From positions 457,470 through 521,469 of the forward strand of contig NMRA01000207.1 in assembly GCA_002633005.1 (NCBI GenBank): a DNA stretch of 64,000 nt, written 5' to 3'. How positions within the stretch are numbered: position 1 is the stretch's first letter; each line of letters opens with the position of its first letter. This DNA is from Phoronis australis (Eukaryota; Animalia; Phoronida). Made by a program: the position numbers and the translations under genes. A model generated the notes under the pieces. The model was not told the DNA's origin. It did no database searches and saw only the letters and a list, made by a program, of their open reading frames with translations. This document shows positions 13,401-26,077 of this stretch, piece by piece.

Positions 13401-16400
13401 GATTTTGAAAAAAAAAACAACCACACAGCAAAAATAAACATTTTTAATACTCGAGCGCAAGATGTCTAGGACAAGAGAAGGTTCTGCACAATCATCCAGA
13501 GTCACATGACTCATAATTATCCAGTGCCACATGACTCATAATTATCCAGTGTCACCTGACTCATAATTATCCAGTGCCACATGATTCATAATTATCCAGT
13601 GTCACATGACTCATAATTATCCAGTGTCACATGACTCCCAATTAACCCATCATAAGAACGTATCAAAATAATTGGGTTGATACACATAATTTTGAATCCG
13701 TATTTTACTAGAACTTGTTCACAGCGGAAGTAAGGATTAATTTTAAGGGTCACAGACTTACTGATTTGCAGTACTGTCTATATTATGTAAGCCGCAGATT
13801 TATTTGCATTTTTGTTGCTAAGGAAATAATTCAGTGAACATAAATAAAGAGCTCTACGGCAAAGGAAATTTTCTGAATATAGGCATTTTCGAATCCATTT
13901 ATGAACTCGCAGACTTAGTTCAGGATAACGAATGATGAAAAATGATTCAGCAGTCTTACAACTGCTACACTGTCTGCTGGCCTACAGGGCAGTAAGCTCA
14001 ATAAAGACTGCAAAAACAGTTTAACCAAGCTCCTGTAAAAGCAGTTTCGAAGCTATGGTAGTTGGCTATTACTAAAATTAATGACAGCTGGAAACTCTAA
14101 ATTGTGTAGACATTAACTTCAGTCCATTATCATCTTAACGCACTGATAAAGTGATGATAAAGTGATGATAAAGTGATGATAAAGTGATGATAAAAATGTG
14201 AGAGAGTGGACAGCTGTAGATAAGATAATCTAATAGGAAAATGATAACTTCAGAATCGCATCTAAACACAAAATGGGAAAATTGGTTGATCGTGGTATAA
14301 GCTCTATAATATAATGGATCGTTAATTAACTTGTCTGTTAGATTACCAGCAAATCTACATACCGTATTAACGAATCTTAGCAATATGCAGATTTAGAAGC
14401 AGACAACCTCAAAAATATCACTAGACAAAACTTATTCCCGGTCTCAAACTATAATGCTCTTTCATCACGACATGAATTTATATTCAAAGTGAACAGAATT
14501 GAATATGAAATTTTCAAGATCCTCTCAATGCCTCATGAAGTGACCACACAGAAAAGCTGACAAAATTTTAACTTTAGAAGAACTGATGCTAAAAAACAAG
14601 GATAAAATTCACAAAATATTTCTATTTGATTGATTTCACTCGTTTTGTTCTCCAACTTGATGAAAACAAATGAAGGAGTATCTTAAATGTTATGTAGGAC
14701 CCTTGAAAAATGTCCAAATTTGAACATCAGATGGAAGATTGGATTCACATGAAACATGCAGACACTATGCATTGTACAGTCTGTTCTTCAAAACACCATT
14801 ACAAATTGGTTCTAAAATGGTCCACTTTTGCGTGAGGGGCTATCGAAATATAGGACTTCTATTATGAAACACTCAAAAGTTACATAAAACGAAAACGAAA
14901 TGAAGCATTTTTTAGACTTCACCTTGAACACTTATATCAAATGAAACTTGGTCATGTTATTGATAACGTTATAACAATGAATGTTACTTTTTGATAAATT
15001 TTACACATTTTAACAAATTTTCACATGACTCAATTAATATTGGTATAAAATCAAAAATCAAATCGAACATGCTTTACACTTGCAGAACTGTCTTCTATTG
15101 AGTTATAACCCATTATAGCTTTGAAGTTAACTAATACAGACTGGTAGATAAAATCAACATAACTTTAAAAGCACTTTCATGGTTAAGTAAATCTCGTATT
15201 GGTGAACCATCTAGGTAAACTGCAAACTAAGTTAACTAAATTGAGCATTTAACTTTAGTTAACAGACATCAGAGTTTAATTGCAAGGTGGCGCGATTGTC
15301 ATTAAAGTTATTATAAAGTGGCTTAATATGACCTTCACCAGATGTCACAGCAGTGACCAGGCCTGCCAATCACTTCGATGGACACTGAAGTGCAGACTTT
15401 CAATTGTAGTGATGCATCGACACTTCATTGAAAATCCAACTGTTTACTACTGTCTGCGAAGTAAACTCGAGCAGTTAACTTTGATCCAAGACTGAATTAA
15501 AGCGTTCCCACTGACCGACATTCCTCTCAACAACGAAGTGTTGATGTTAGTGGGAAAGGCCTTTAAAACAAATTTCAGATAAGTACACACAGCAGAACAG
15601 AAGTCTAGCAGTATTCCGACAACTTTAAACAGATGGAAATGAACTGAATATCTTTAGGAATAAACCAGTTGTCTATCCTTTAACAGAAGACTTTCAACAT
15701 GCAAGTAAATCCAATTATCTTCTACATCTAACAAGATGCTGATTGATCCTTTGACAAAAAGTACAAATATCAAAGACGTACATGTCTCAAAATTAGTTGA
15801 ATAATGAAGTTAGGTTGTTAATTAGAACACTCAGGATATGAGAAGAGGAAATATAGTGATAGACCTCAGTGACATCAAAACTGTCACGTAACAGACAACG
15901 TTATAGATTGTATTTGCTTATAATAATATCTCTTTAGTAATTCGTCTTTCAGTGAATCTTAATCAGTACTTGTAACAGTGACATCTGTTGGTGATGGACA
16001 TGACTTAATGACACATCTTACTGTGCAACAGTTATGTATTGAATCCAATAGTGGTGGTGTGCAGTCTTAGGACAAATCCATACTTAAGCCAAATATCTAC
16101 AAAACTATAGAATTTAACCCACAGTAAGAAAGATATTTTCTGAAAGCAGAAATACTGATAAAATTTTGATTTTTGACTCCACACTAATTTATCATTAAGT
16201 GGTTCATGTGATCTCAGGCTTGTCTTTTTAGTAAAATTCTGTGAAAGAGAAATACGGTGTGGCTCGTTCATAGCAAAACAATGGCATTAATAATACGATC
16301 AAATTAATTCCATTGATATTCAAGATAAAATCTAAATTATTGTTTCATTTTGAATTTTTGCCACTTTTGCATTTGTTACAAAAATCTCATCAGTCCTAAT

Positions 16401-19400
16401 TTTTGTTAGCCCCTCATGTATGATGGGCCGTAAAATTAAGAGCGTGATTTAATTCTTTACGGCGTAAAATTACGCTCGTAATTTATTTCAAACTCTTAGC
16501 CAATGACGTCAGGTTTTACAATCCACGATCGCGTGCGCTCATGGAAATACTTATTTACTGATGGATTTCATGTCTACGATACGAACGGTGAATCATGGCG
16601 GATCAAATCGCTGCTGCCATGTCAGCGATTGTGCAAGAACGAGCTGTCCAGCAGCAGTCGTGTATGTTAGGTCATCACTGATTGGTTTAAATTTAGAACG
16701 TTCTTAAGGTATTTTACGAGCGTAATTTACGGCGACATTTCCCCCGTTTAATTAACGGGCGTAATTTTCCTCCAACACTTTTGCAATTTAACTTACGCTC
16801 ATAAGTACGAACGTAATTTTACGGCAACACTTTCCCCTCAACAGCCCACCATACTCATGCAACGAAGAACACTTCTCAGATGAGTGCATAAAGCATTTAG
16901 TATCTGGAAATTTCAATTCAATCCAATCAGTCATTTCTAAGAAACAATGTTACGAAGTTGCCAAAATTGTACAGTTTCTATGGTAACAATTACACAATAC
17001 AGCCTTGGTGAATGCTATTTCTTCACTTATTTAGCACAGAATATGGAGGACAGTTGAAATTTTATTTCTTTAAATTCCTTAACAAAAATAATACTTAAAA
17101 ATTGTAGTCTGTTATTATATTGGATTGAACTTGGAAACTATAGACGTCCTGTTATTGGCAGCAGGGGGAACAGCCTTTGAAACACAGAAAACATTATCTA
17201 CCATTCTCCTGGAGTGTAAAAATCAAAACAAAAATCCACTATCAGGATCTAAACTAAGAATCACACTCCATTAAAATTGTCAAGCAAGCCTTTTCAAGGT
17301 ACCTAAACTACATGGTTAATGGACTCATAGACACGGTCACAGACGCATGAACACGACTAATGTACCTGCAAGCACTGTTCACTAACTCACAAACACGGGA
17401 ACGGACTCACAAAACACGATCCATTCCCCCAAATACACGGGACACGGACTCACATTCATGAAGAAACACAGTTAACGGACCGCCAAACTCATCGGCTTCC
17501 TGGGTCAGCTGACATCAACACTTTGTCCATAGACCGTGTTTGGCGGTCCGTTAACCGTGTTTCTTCGTGAACGTGAGTCCGTGTCCCATGTATTTGAGTG
17601 AATGGATCGGGTTTTGTGAGTTCGTTCCTGTGTTTGTTAGTCAGTGAACGGTGTTTGCAGGTACATAAGTCGTGTTCATGCGTCCGGGACCGTGTTTATG
17701 AGTCCGCTAACCGTGTAGTTTAGGTACCTTGCTTTTGTGTTGGTACACAATAGTGAGATCAAGCTGGTCAGAGCTTACAGTCACACAAAGGAATCAACAG
17801 GTGAAAGTCAACTGTTTTTCTCCATTCGATTCGGAAGTTTTTTTTGTGATAGAGTATTTCATACAAAACACATCTGCTTCACGACATTTGTTGAAAGTCG
17901 TTTGCAAATAGTATTTTTAAATATCAGTTACTGTCCAGGGACATAATTGCTGGATTACATGAGCATCAGATGAAAGCAGACAATAAGAGAGCTGGACTAT
18001 GTAAACATTGGTCTGCCACTGTCAAACAGATAAGGACACAGCTGTATCCCCGCTGGCTGACCAGTCAATCAGGATACTCATTCTGCAGCGCAGGTGCATA
18101 ACAAATTAATTTTTGCAAAAATTTTTACGCAAAATAAAAGAAGGATCACCAACACCACATCCTTCTTCTATCATATCACGTAAGACAATCCAACGAGACA
18201 GTTCTGTAACTAGCAGTATTCGGAAGCTCTCAGATATTTCTACATCAAGATTATAAAAGTAACGTATTCACAACATGACAGTGTTGTCCGTTCACTACAA
18301 TGTAGCATAAGATTTGGAATACAGTTGAGAAAGGGGAAGCTTGAAAGGAACTGAGAATACCGAAATAAAGTGGCTCGCAAACAAAAGCTCAACAACATGA
18401 ATATGGAGTAACAGAGTGCTGTTTTAAACGGAAAAGTCAAGTACATTCTTTGGTAAAGTTTCATCTACAAAATATGGTTACCTTTAAAAACATATTTTCA
18501 GCTTTAATTAACTACCGTTTCCCTGTCCCTTGTTACCATGGCAGCCAGCAGCATTGTCCGCCAACAGTTTCTCAAAGGCAGCAGTAATTTACAGTGAGCA
18601 AATACAATGCTGGACAAGCTATTGAAAAAGGTCATCGCAATGGCCCTTATGAATTCAAAGTGTATGCAGAACAAACGGGATGCAGGAAACTTGTTGTTGA
18701 GCCAACTATGTCACGCATAGTTAATAAGGGTCAGGGCAACAGTGAGAACACAAGCAGGGGATTTACTAAAGTTGAGTTTTAGCAAAGAAAAAACAAAAAC
18801 ATTTATTTTTGGCTTTCCCTTAAAAATACGATCGTGAAAACTATAGAGCGCCATGAGCTTGTCAAATAAATTTAAATTTCTGGATAACGCTACTTAAGAT
18901 AAAGTAAGCTTCAACCACATACAATACACCACTCTACCTGTAAGCTGGTCCACATACAATACACCACTCTACCTGTAAGCTTCAACCACATACAATACAC
19001 CACTCTACCTGTAAGCTGGTCCACATACAATACACCACTCTACCTGTAAGCTGGTCCACATACAATACACCACTCTACCTGTAAGCTGGTCCACATACAA
19101 TACACCACTCTACCTGTAAGCTGATTGTAACAGCTCAATGCCACACCAGGGGTGCGTTTCAGGGAAAGTGATTTAAGACACACGACAGAAATTTAGTCTT
19201 ACGCTTCCACTTCACAATTTCTGAAAAAGGTTTATCCAAGTAATTACCCATGACAGCATAAAAATAAATTATAGATATTATCTCAGAAACTAGCAGTTAT
19301 TTTATTATCAGGGACTTTGCAGTTTTGCTCATGTGAGATTTGGTTATTTTTCAATAATAGTTATGGGGAGCGACACACCAAATTTCTGACTCAAGTCTTT

Positions 19401-22400
19401 TCTTGATTAAGCTAACATCTGCACAAGTCAACCTGCATGCAACAGTGGTGAAATTCTATGTAGTTACCAGACGTGACCCACCTTTCTGGAGATGACAAGC
19501 TGGATGAGGTTGGGGGAACCTTTAATAATGGCTACAGCCTCACTGTGAGTTACACTCGTCATGTCTGTACCATTGACCGTGATAATCTGATCGCCGCGAC
19601 ACAAGCGGCCATCCCTGCCAAGAACAAAAAACAGAGAGTGGGAACTAAGACTCCAGCTGGTAAAATCTCATTAATTTCGAAAAAAATTGTCAAATTTCTT
19701 TCAAAGGCTTCTAACGTTTCTGTGAACGACTACGACAAAACATTGACTGAGGATAGCTATGGCATACAGATTTATTATAATAAAGCATTAATTTTGTTCG
19801 TTGATATATTCATATTGTGTCCTAAATTGGTGCAAGATTACTGCAAGTTTACTTACTGCGCCTACTGCAAAACAATTTTTGATTTATTCCATTTTCCGTC
19901 AATTATACAATCCATCTGATCTTGTTCCTTACTCGGATTAGAAACAATTTCTAGACAAGGAAAGAACTGACAGATCACTACTGCTTCAAACCAGGCTCAA
20001 GAAGTCTTGCTTGTCATGGGGATAGTTTCTGCTGCACTGAAGCAAATCAGTGGCTGCAGAAGATAATTCCAAGAATTATGTATACACAGTACAAGGCAAA
20101 AGTAATTGGAGAAAATACTAATTCCTTGTCATGTCGACTCATTCTGCTAATGTCTGCTTGTCAATATTCTGCTGACGTCTGCCAGCCAGTGTGCAGCAAA
20201 ATTCTAATTATCGAATGACTTAGCCACCTAATACTAAAACTTTCCTGTAAATTCCCTTTCATTTTCAGTCATGACTAAAGACTATTCTTACAATGAATTT
20301 GGCTTCTGCCAACGCTTCATGATGGGGAATTTGGAGTCATTTTGCTTGACTACTTGTACTATATATTGGAATCGATTTCCATTCAAGCACAGGATAAGAA
20401 CAGTATGAGATTGATGTAGACAAGCAAAGACTTTGAAGAAAGTTGTTTTCGAGACCAATACATGATCAACAGGGAATTTAATTGCTATTTAATTACAACG
20501 TTAATTCTACTCTCAACCATTTCGGTGGAGGTCTTACTTTGACGCCTACATTAACATGCCAGAATAGTTCGACCTTTGTTAGAAATTTTGTGATTGTGGC
20601 AACTAGATCAGAACTAGAAGTAGAGTCAGCAGGCAGATCTATCGCGTTATTTAACATGATTGTGAGCAGCAAGTCAATATGTTGAAATCAAGATAATTAA
20701 ATAGTGATCAAAATGATTAAACGTCCAGTGGCACTTTATCGCCGGCCTCCTCAAACAGCACAGCACAATGTAGACTGAAGATGTATGACCATGACTATTT
20801 CTTAGCAGGTAACAAAATAGCAATGATCAAAGATGTTGAGATTAAGTATGATGATTAAAACAGCAATCACAATTGTGACTTTAATACCCTATCATGCCAA
20901 CGATTAAAAGACGCTATGTAAATGTACCCAGAGACAACCAGAGGATGGATTTATGTACCAGGTGGAATAGGACTTAGGAGTCCTTGACATTCAAGGTCTA
21001 CGGCACATTACAAACCAGTTATCAAGTGAGCTGGACACTTCTAGTCTCACGCAAACTAGATTGATTCCATAACTCTCGCCACTGCTGTTCTGCACGCATA
21101 ATATTCAGAGATGATCACAGGTGGAGTTATTATAAGTCAGGAAGGTAGATAAACATGTTCATGAAATTTAACATTTAGGGTCATTCCTTCACAAATGCAG
21201 ACTGGCAGAATGCCGAGACTGGCCTCACTTAGTCCAGAAACGGAGAGTCTAGTCAATGAGTTCTATCTATTATTGTTAGATAAATGACAGACAAAATAAC
21301 GAGTCATTCACAATAGGTGTAGGTACACATACCATGGCATGCCAATGAGTAGTTTGCAATTATTTGTCTATTTACAAGTAAAAACAAACACAACCTCAAC
21401 AGCTATTTCTCTGACAGTGAGTTTTGAGCTCCTGTAAAAGTATTTTTCACAATCAAAGTACGTAATTCTGATTAAGAAGTCGTTAAAAAATTATCTTTTG
21501 ATATATTTTGAACAGATATTATTGTAAAGAATGGATAATGGTGAACAAAATCTGTTACATCGTTGGCGATTGTTGCTGGGACATTTATATGCAAATGAAC
21601 TGCTGTGTTGGCCGGGCGCATTCAAATGTTCGACTTGGGTGCGGCAGTCGAGAGCCAGCCGTGACAGTGTAGACATGTTAGAAGCTGTTCACAGAAAGTG
21701 GAACGTTTGTGTCTACAAAGGCTGACCACAAAAGACTGTGCACGGACTGTGTGACATAAGAAGGACTCTTAACTCAGTAATATTAGTTTGGGGTGCCATG
21801 TGGAGAGTGGTCTACCCAGTGACTAAACTTATTAATTGTGTGTAAATGTTCGTTTTTGAATGTTGAAGCTTCATTAAATATTATTTCTTTTAAACTTAAT
21901 GTTTTCTATTAAACTGTCTCATTAAAGTCACGTTGTGACAGTTATGCAACGTAAATGACTTACTTGTCGGCGGCTCCCCCTGGTGTTACACTTGCCACAA
22001 ATATTCCGATATCGCCTTTCTTGGATCCTCGACCACCAGCTATTTGTATACCAAGACTGGAGTCGACTTTCAATAGATGCATTGTGTGTGTCTCTCTAAC
22101 CTATAGTCAACACAACCTTGGTGATACTCAGACAGGTTAGCTCAAGCTACATTAAATCTCACCAATTCCGAAAAGAAGTATCTAAATACCAATTTCCATT
22201 ACTCAACAAATAATACACATCATGATATGGTAATAACAATTTTGCACAAAAACAATTGTGAAAAAATTGACATTTTCCGATTTTTTCAAAGGCTGGTTAC
22301 TTTACTGCAAATATTACAATTTGCCGAAAGTTGCTCATGACATTTACACGGTACAGATAGTGCCAGTAATAGAATAAAACTTTAATTTTTATAATCTCTA

Positions 22401-23647
22401 TTTTTGTGGACAACTTTGGCAAAATATATAACGGTGTTCTCCCGTTCAGTTACTTTACCAGACGTAGAGGGTTGTGAGCGTGTGATAACATCTAGCTTCT
22501 TTGTTAACTGCCAAGCACAGTCTTTTGTCTGTTATGACAACAGGCAGGCCTATTATCTACCAGGCTTATTGCAGACCAGGTGTGAACACATGCAGTCAAT
22601 CCCAGAGCGAATTGGTAGGTTCCAAAAGAATAGATTGTCGTAACTTCAGCTGTGCTTGGGCGATTTTGGCGATTATCAGCATCCATTTGACGAGGAATTC
22701 AGAAATGCCATTGGTTTATGTTCAAATATGTTATAACAGTACTTAACTTTTATTTCTAGCAGCACGCCCAGTCAGGCTATATGATTTTTTTGGAGATTAG
22801 AGCAATTATCAAAAGAGAGCTGGCCCTCCAACCATAAATGCCAGAATGGAGTTAATCAATCGTGTAAGATATTGGCTACAGGGTCATCTTCCCAACTTGT
22901 TGTTGGGCTACAGAATCCAACATTGGTTGGGATCAATGGGAAAACGCCGTAATGAGAATTGAATTTGTCAACCATCTTGTGTGCTAAATAAGTGAAAAAT
23001 TAATCAGTGGTGCTTGCCAAAATCTTTAATTGTTTAAAAAAGACAGTTTCAACAGTTAACAAATTACCCGTTTCCGGTGCAACTTCTTCTGTCGAAGCTG
23101 CGATTCCTCTGATGACTGTGACGACTCTCCGAATATGTTGCTAAAGAAAAACACAGGTGAATCAGCACCAGTCAGACTGCTCTCAGAGCTAGTCAGTAGA
23201 CAGTCCTCTGAATTCAACCACTCAAGTTTAGTAAGTGACCCATGTTTAGCAAACACTCTGACATCATCTCTACTCCGATTGGATAATGGTTGAAATCTTG
23301 ATCCAACGTGATTGTTGTTCTGCTGCTTAGCAGTGACCCCTGGTGGAGCCGACTTAAGTCTGAAGAGACTCCTGTGGCTATTTTGAGAACTAGCCGGCCG
23401 TGGCATAGGGGGAGACGGTGGAAATATTGACGGTAGAGGAGGGGGCGGGGCCTGTCGCTTCCTTCTCTCGACCGTGAGCGTCACAGAGCCGGTCTGCATG
23501 GCGTTCTCTAGCAACCATCTGTAAGATGTGTAGAATCGTCAGGTTTTGGCAAAAGCAGCAAAGAAACAAGTATAAGACTTGTTGAAAACACAGCCTTGAT
23601 ATGTGCTGATGGGTTAGTCCACTGGCTTGTACGTATGTGTGTGTATG

Positions 23648-23679
<32 letters not shown>

Positions 23680-26077
23680 TGTGTGTGTAGGTGTGTGTGT
23701 GCGTGCGTGCGTGCGTGTGTGTGTAGGTGTGTGTGTGTATGTGTGTGTATGTGTGAGTGTGTGTGTTCCTCTGCAAGTGTTTTCAATTTTAATTAATATT
23801 TAGACATCAATTTATGATTTTCTATCAGTTTACCTTTATTACGATCACCCCTACGACTTAGTGATCACTATTTTCTAACAATTTTCCCAAAAACTGGGTC
23901 TTCCTTCAAGGAAAATAAATAGGGATGCTACAAAAAAAGAACCCTACTGATCTTCAATAATTTTGAGAATTCAATGTATAGTTCACTCTCAACGTGTATT
24001 AAAGACAAAACAGATTCAGTAATGAAAATAAAACAAGATAAAGAAAAGAACAATTAGTGTTTTTAATTAACAAGTCCATAAATGCGGTAAAAAGTTAAGG
24101 AACATTGTTGGGTCTGCATTGGAGGCTGTTTCATGCGACCAGGCACTGGTGACTCAATCTATCAGTAGACCTGCATTTCATCCAAATTAATTACACTTGC
24201 TGCCAGTCTGGAATACTCACTACGGTAAAGTCTCGCCAATTTTGGACAAAAATAATTACCCATATTGCCCTTCTCTCATTTGTCAACATGTTCTTAGTAC
24301 ATTGTTATGAATGGCCAGAAGTTTTCGAAGTTTAGTGACTGTAGATATCAAAGAAAACATGAAAATTATAAAGCATTAATTTGGTTGTGCCAAAACTGAG
24401 AAAATAAAATTTCAGCTGTCGGATATTTTGTGCACCAAACTGGCGATATTTCACCAGTAACGTAACATAACATAACATATTAACTTAAAGTGATGTAATA
24501 TGACGTAATACAAATAATTGTTAGTCATCACTGATCAGAAATGAACTGCTACCAAAACATTCAGAAAAACTAACAATAGCATCTTATCATGTTGACATCT
24601 ATACAAAACCAAGGGAACTGAATTAAACAAGATCAAAGTAGCAAAATTTATTGCTTTTTTTAAGTGGAATTTACATAAAAACAGTATTAGAGGATATGAA
24701 CCGAAACAGGTTACGCAAAAAATTAAATTCTAACGAATGAAATAAATGTTCATCTCGATGCATAAACCGAATATTTAATACTAATAATCTAAATTAAAAC
24801 AATTCACACTAAGCACTCATTCAAAAAAGCATGGGGGATGTGCGTTAATTTATGCACACTCAGGTGTTTCGCACTTAACACTCATTACATTCCAAGTAGT
24901 TGTCATTAAATCATAAGAGTACAATACAGGTGTTGCAATGATAACTACACCAAATAGCTTGAGCAAGACAAAACACATTAACTGCGAAAAGATAACACAT
25001 AAAAAGACAGTGAAATGCTGACAAAGTATATTTTGCTCTTTGCAGCCAGGTAGATGAAGATTGCAGAAGTTGAAAGAATGGCTCGCAGGTATATTCTAAA
25101 TGTTCTACATCAGATAAACAGGTATGGAAATGATGTTATTCCTGTATAAAAACAATAGTCAGATGTTATCAAAGAAAACAAATCACGTAAAAATAATTAC
25201 AAAGTGTACAGGAATTTGACCACCAAGACTCACGGAAAACAGATATTTGTACAAAATATTCTAACACGTGAAAAGTGCCTTGATTAGATTCAAACTTTCG
25301 GAATAACATACAAGCGAAATTCAGAAAAGCACGGGAAAATGTTTTGACATGTGTTCCGAGCTGCTACAGATACATCTTCTATCAAAAACAAACTATTGAC
25401 ACGAATTCTTCCTTAGATTTCCAGGAGTTGACCATTGACACCCATAAATTGATGAGTCCAAGGATATTTTTGGATAGTTTAGGCTTGGTATGATTGCACA
25501 TGGCAAACTTAATAGTTAAGTGGAATTCCTACAGTTACAAGAAAGAGCAACACAATCAGGATTATCTTTCACTCGTGACCCCCCCAAGAATAGGACCATT
25601 TGGGAAAAAATGAAATATGGGCTCTGAAACCATCCCAGGCAACTTTATGAGTGAAAAACCACATTTTTGCCAATTTTTAAAAAATTAGAAATTGGCTATT
25701 ATCTGAAGGAGCAAATCTTGTTACCTTGGAAATTTTGTTCTCACTCTAAAAAACACAATGACTTGAACAAGATGCAATCAACTTTTAATGATCAATGAAA
25801 ACGAAGATTACCTAGACGTGTGCTGCACTTCCTGTCTGATATCTCGTCCGTTTATTTTCACGATCAAGTCGTTCAGCCTTAGCCTGCCATCCACACAAGC
25901 AATGCTCCCTGGCCGAATGCGCATGATTCTCAGAGCATTTCCTGTCAAGTCCTTAGACGGTGCCAAATCGCAATCTATGCCAAAGGACTCCTCAGTGTTT
26001 GTGAACGAGAATGTGAGCAGGCGAGAGCACAATTGCAGAGACCCCTTCCCCATGTCATCTTCTCTATCACCCATCAT
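4303..26077 (-). CDS. Multi-PDZ protein of the PDZD2 / pro-interleukin-16 family (gene span of 8 identified coding exons, three PDZ domains; 3' end unresolved)
   Basis: Eight GT-AG exons join with compatible phases. They give the PDZ motifs [35 protein letters not shown] and [45 protein letters not shown], which resemble PDZD2/IL16 PDZ domains as I recall them. Confidence 0.8.
4589..5436. mobile_element. Helentron-associated (DINE-1/HINE-like) non-autonomous repeat with internal ~130-170 bp tandem units
   Basis: Begins AAGCAAGAGC, has repeated CCACTAG units, a CAGACA/CGGACA tract, and a terminal hairpin followed by GCATAA. Same layout as 6449-7440. Confidence 0.55.
5593..5701 (-). CDS. PDZ gene exon 7 (PDZ3 core)
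   Basis: ttttcag acceptor; [35 protein letters not shown]; AT|gtgagt donor; phase 1 to 2. Confidence 0.8.
6449..7440. mobile_element. Second HINE-like repeat copy
   Basis: Begins AACAAGAGC, has repeated TGCCACTAGGGG units, and ends CCACATAAAAATGTGTGGGTGCATAA. A further fragment lies at ~31150-31530. Confidence 0.55.
8193..8294. repeat. 27/24-bp minisatellite (~4 copies) overlapping an exon donor site
   Basis: Unit GGAATACTACACCTTTAAATAAAACTA. Confidence 0.9.
8283..8350 (-). CDS. PDZ gene exon 6 (start of PDZ3)
   Basis: tttcag acceptor; (K)[22 protein letters not shown]; 68 nt, phase 2 to 1. It joins the next exon as EVVLFKEDGVGLG. Which donor is used is ambiguous because of the tandem repeat. 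Confidence 0.7.
9706..9908 (-). CDS. PDZ gene exon 5, copy A (within the 1.8-kb duplication)
   Basis: Near-identical to 11505-11707 (one H/Q difference) with the same splice sites. Confidence 0.7.
11505..11707 (-). CDS. PDZ gene exon 5 (Ser-rich linker), copy B
   Basis: ttttcag acceptor; [27 protein letters not shown]; AA|gtgagt donor; phase 0 to 2 fits both neighbours. Confidence 0.75.
11755..12197. repeat. Dispersed repeat family (copies ~14695-15105 same strand, ~30630-31010 inverted; truncated copy 9955-10143)
   Basis: Shared blocks TTGAAAAATGTCCAAATTTG, CATATGAAAC, TTCTTCAAAA, GGCTATC.AAATA.GACTTCT and CATG(T)GAC.CAATT in the same order. Confidence 0.7.
13238..13381. repeat. 24-bp minisatellite x6
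   Basis: Unit GTGGACATCTCTCCTGCTATAATA. Confidence 0.95.
13494..13637. repeat. 25-bp minisatellite x~6
   Basis: Unit ATCCAGTGTCACATGACTCATAATT. Confidence 0.95.
14144..14192. repeat. 11-bp tandem repeat x~4
   Basis: Unit TGATAAAGTGA. Confidence 0.85.
16425..16835. mobile_element. Decayed element with inverted subterminal repeats
   Basis: CGTAAAATTACGCTCGTAA-type motifs on the left are mirrored by TTACGAGCGTAATTTACGG-type motifs on the right. Termini unclear. Confidence 0.45.
17295..17731. mobile_element. Foldback MITE, ~185-bp arms, 5-bp TSD CTTTT
   Basis: CAAGGTACCTAAACTAC...GTAGTTTAGGTACCTTG; arms complementary along their length; CTTTT on both flanks. Confidence 0.9.
18904..19122. repeat. 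35/36-bp minisatellite x6
   Basis: Unit GTAAGCTGGTCCACATACAATACACCACTCTACCT, with a TTCAA variant. Confidence 0.95.
19482..19614 (-). CDS. PDZ gene exon 4 (PDZ2 second half)
   Basis: [44 protein letters not shown]; donor AAG|gtgggt; phase 2 to 0. Confidence 0.9.
20190..20480. repeat. Dispersed repeat, inverted homologue of ~51830-52680
   Basis: Reverse complement shares ATCATGTA.TGGTCTC.AAAAC..CAAAGTCTTTGCT..TGTTCTTATCCT..TTCCAATA.AGTACAAG and ATGACTC..AATTCCCCATCA with the NOL6 intron copy. Confidence 0.7.
21964..22100 (-). CDS. PDZ gene exon 3 (PDZ2 first half)
   Basis: [45 protein letters not shown]; donor AA|gtaagt; phase 0 to 2. Confidence 0.9.
23068..23518 (-). CDS. PDZ gene exon 2 (end of PDZ1 plus Pro/Ser-rich linker)
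   Basis: ttacag acceptor; [26 protein letters not shown]..; CGG|gtaatt donor; 451 nt, phase 2 to 0. Confidence 0.85.
23630..23766. repeat. Compound (TG)n/(TGCG)n microsatellite
   Basis: Seen directly; explains the His/Thr and Cys/Val ORFs here. Confidence 0.97.
25812..26077 (-). CDS. PDZ gene first coding exon (PDZ1 N-terminal part)
   Basis: [46 protein letters not shown]. Acceptor just upstream of the ATG (26085); donor AG|gtaat, phase 2. Confidence 0.85.

Noticed and set aside
18904-19122. 35/36-bp repeats as a CRISPR array
   Set aside because: Head-to-tail units with no unique spacers, eukaryotic context, no cas genes. The same applies to the other arrays.
23390-23796. His/Thr and Cys/Val ORFs
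   Set aside because: Translations of a TG/TGCG microsatellite.
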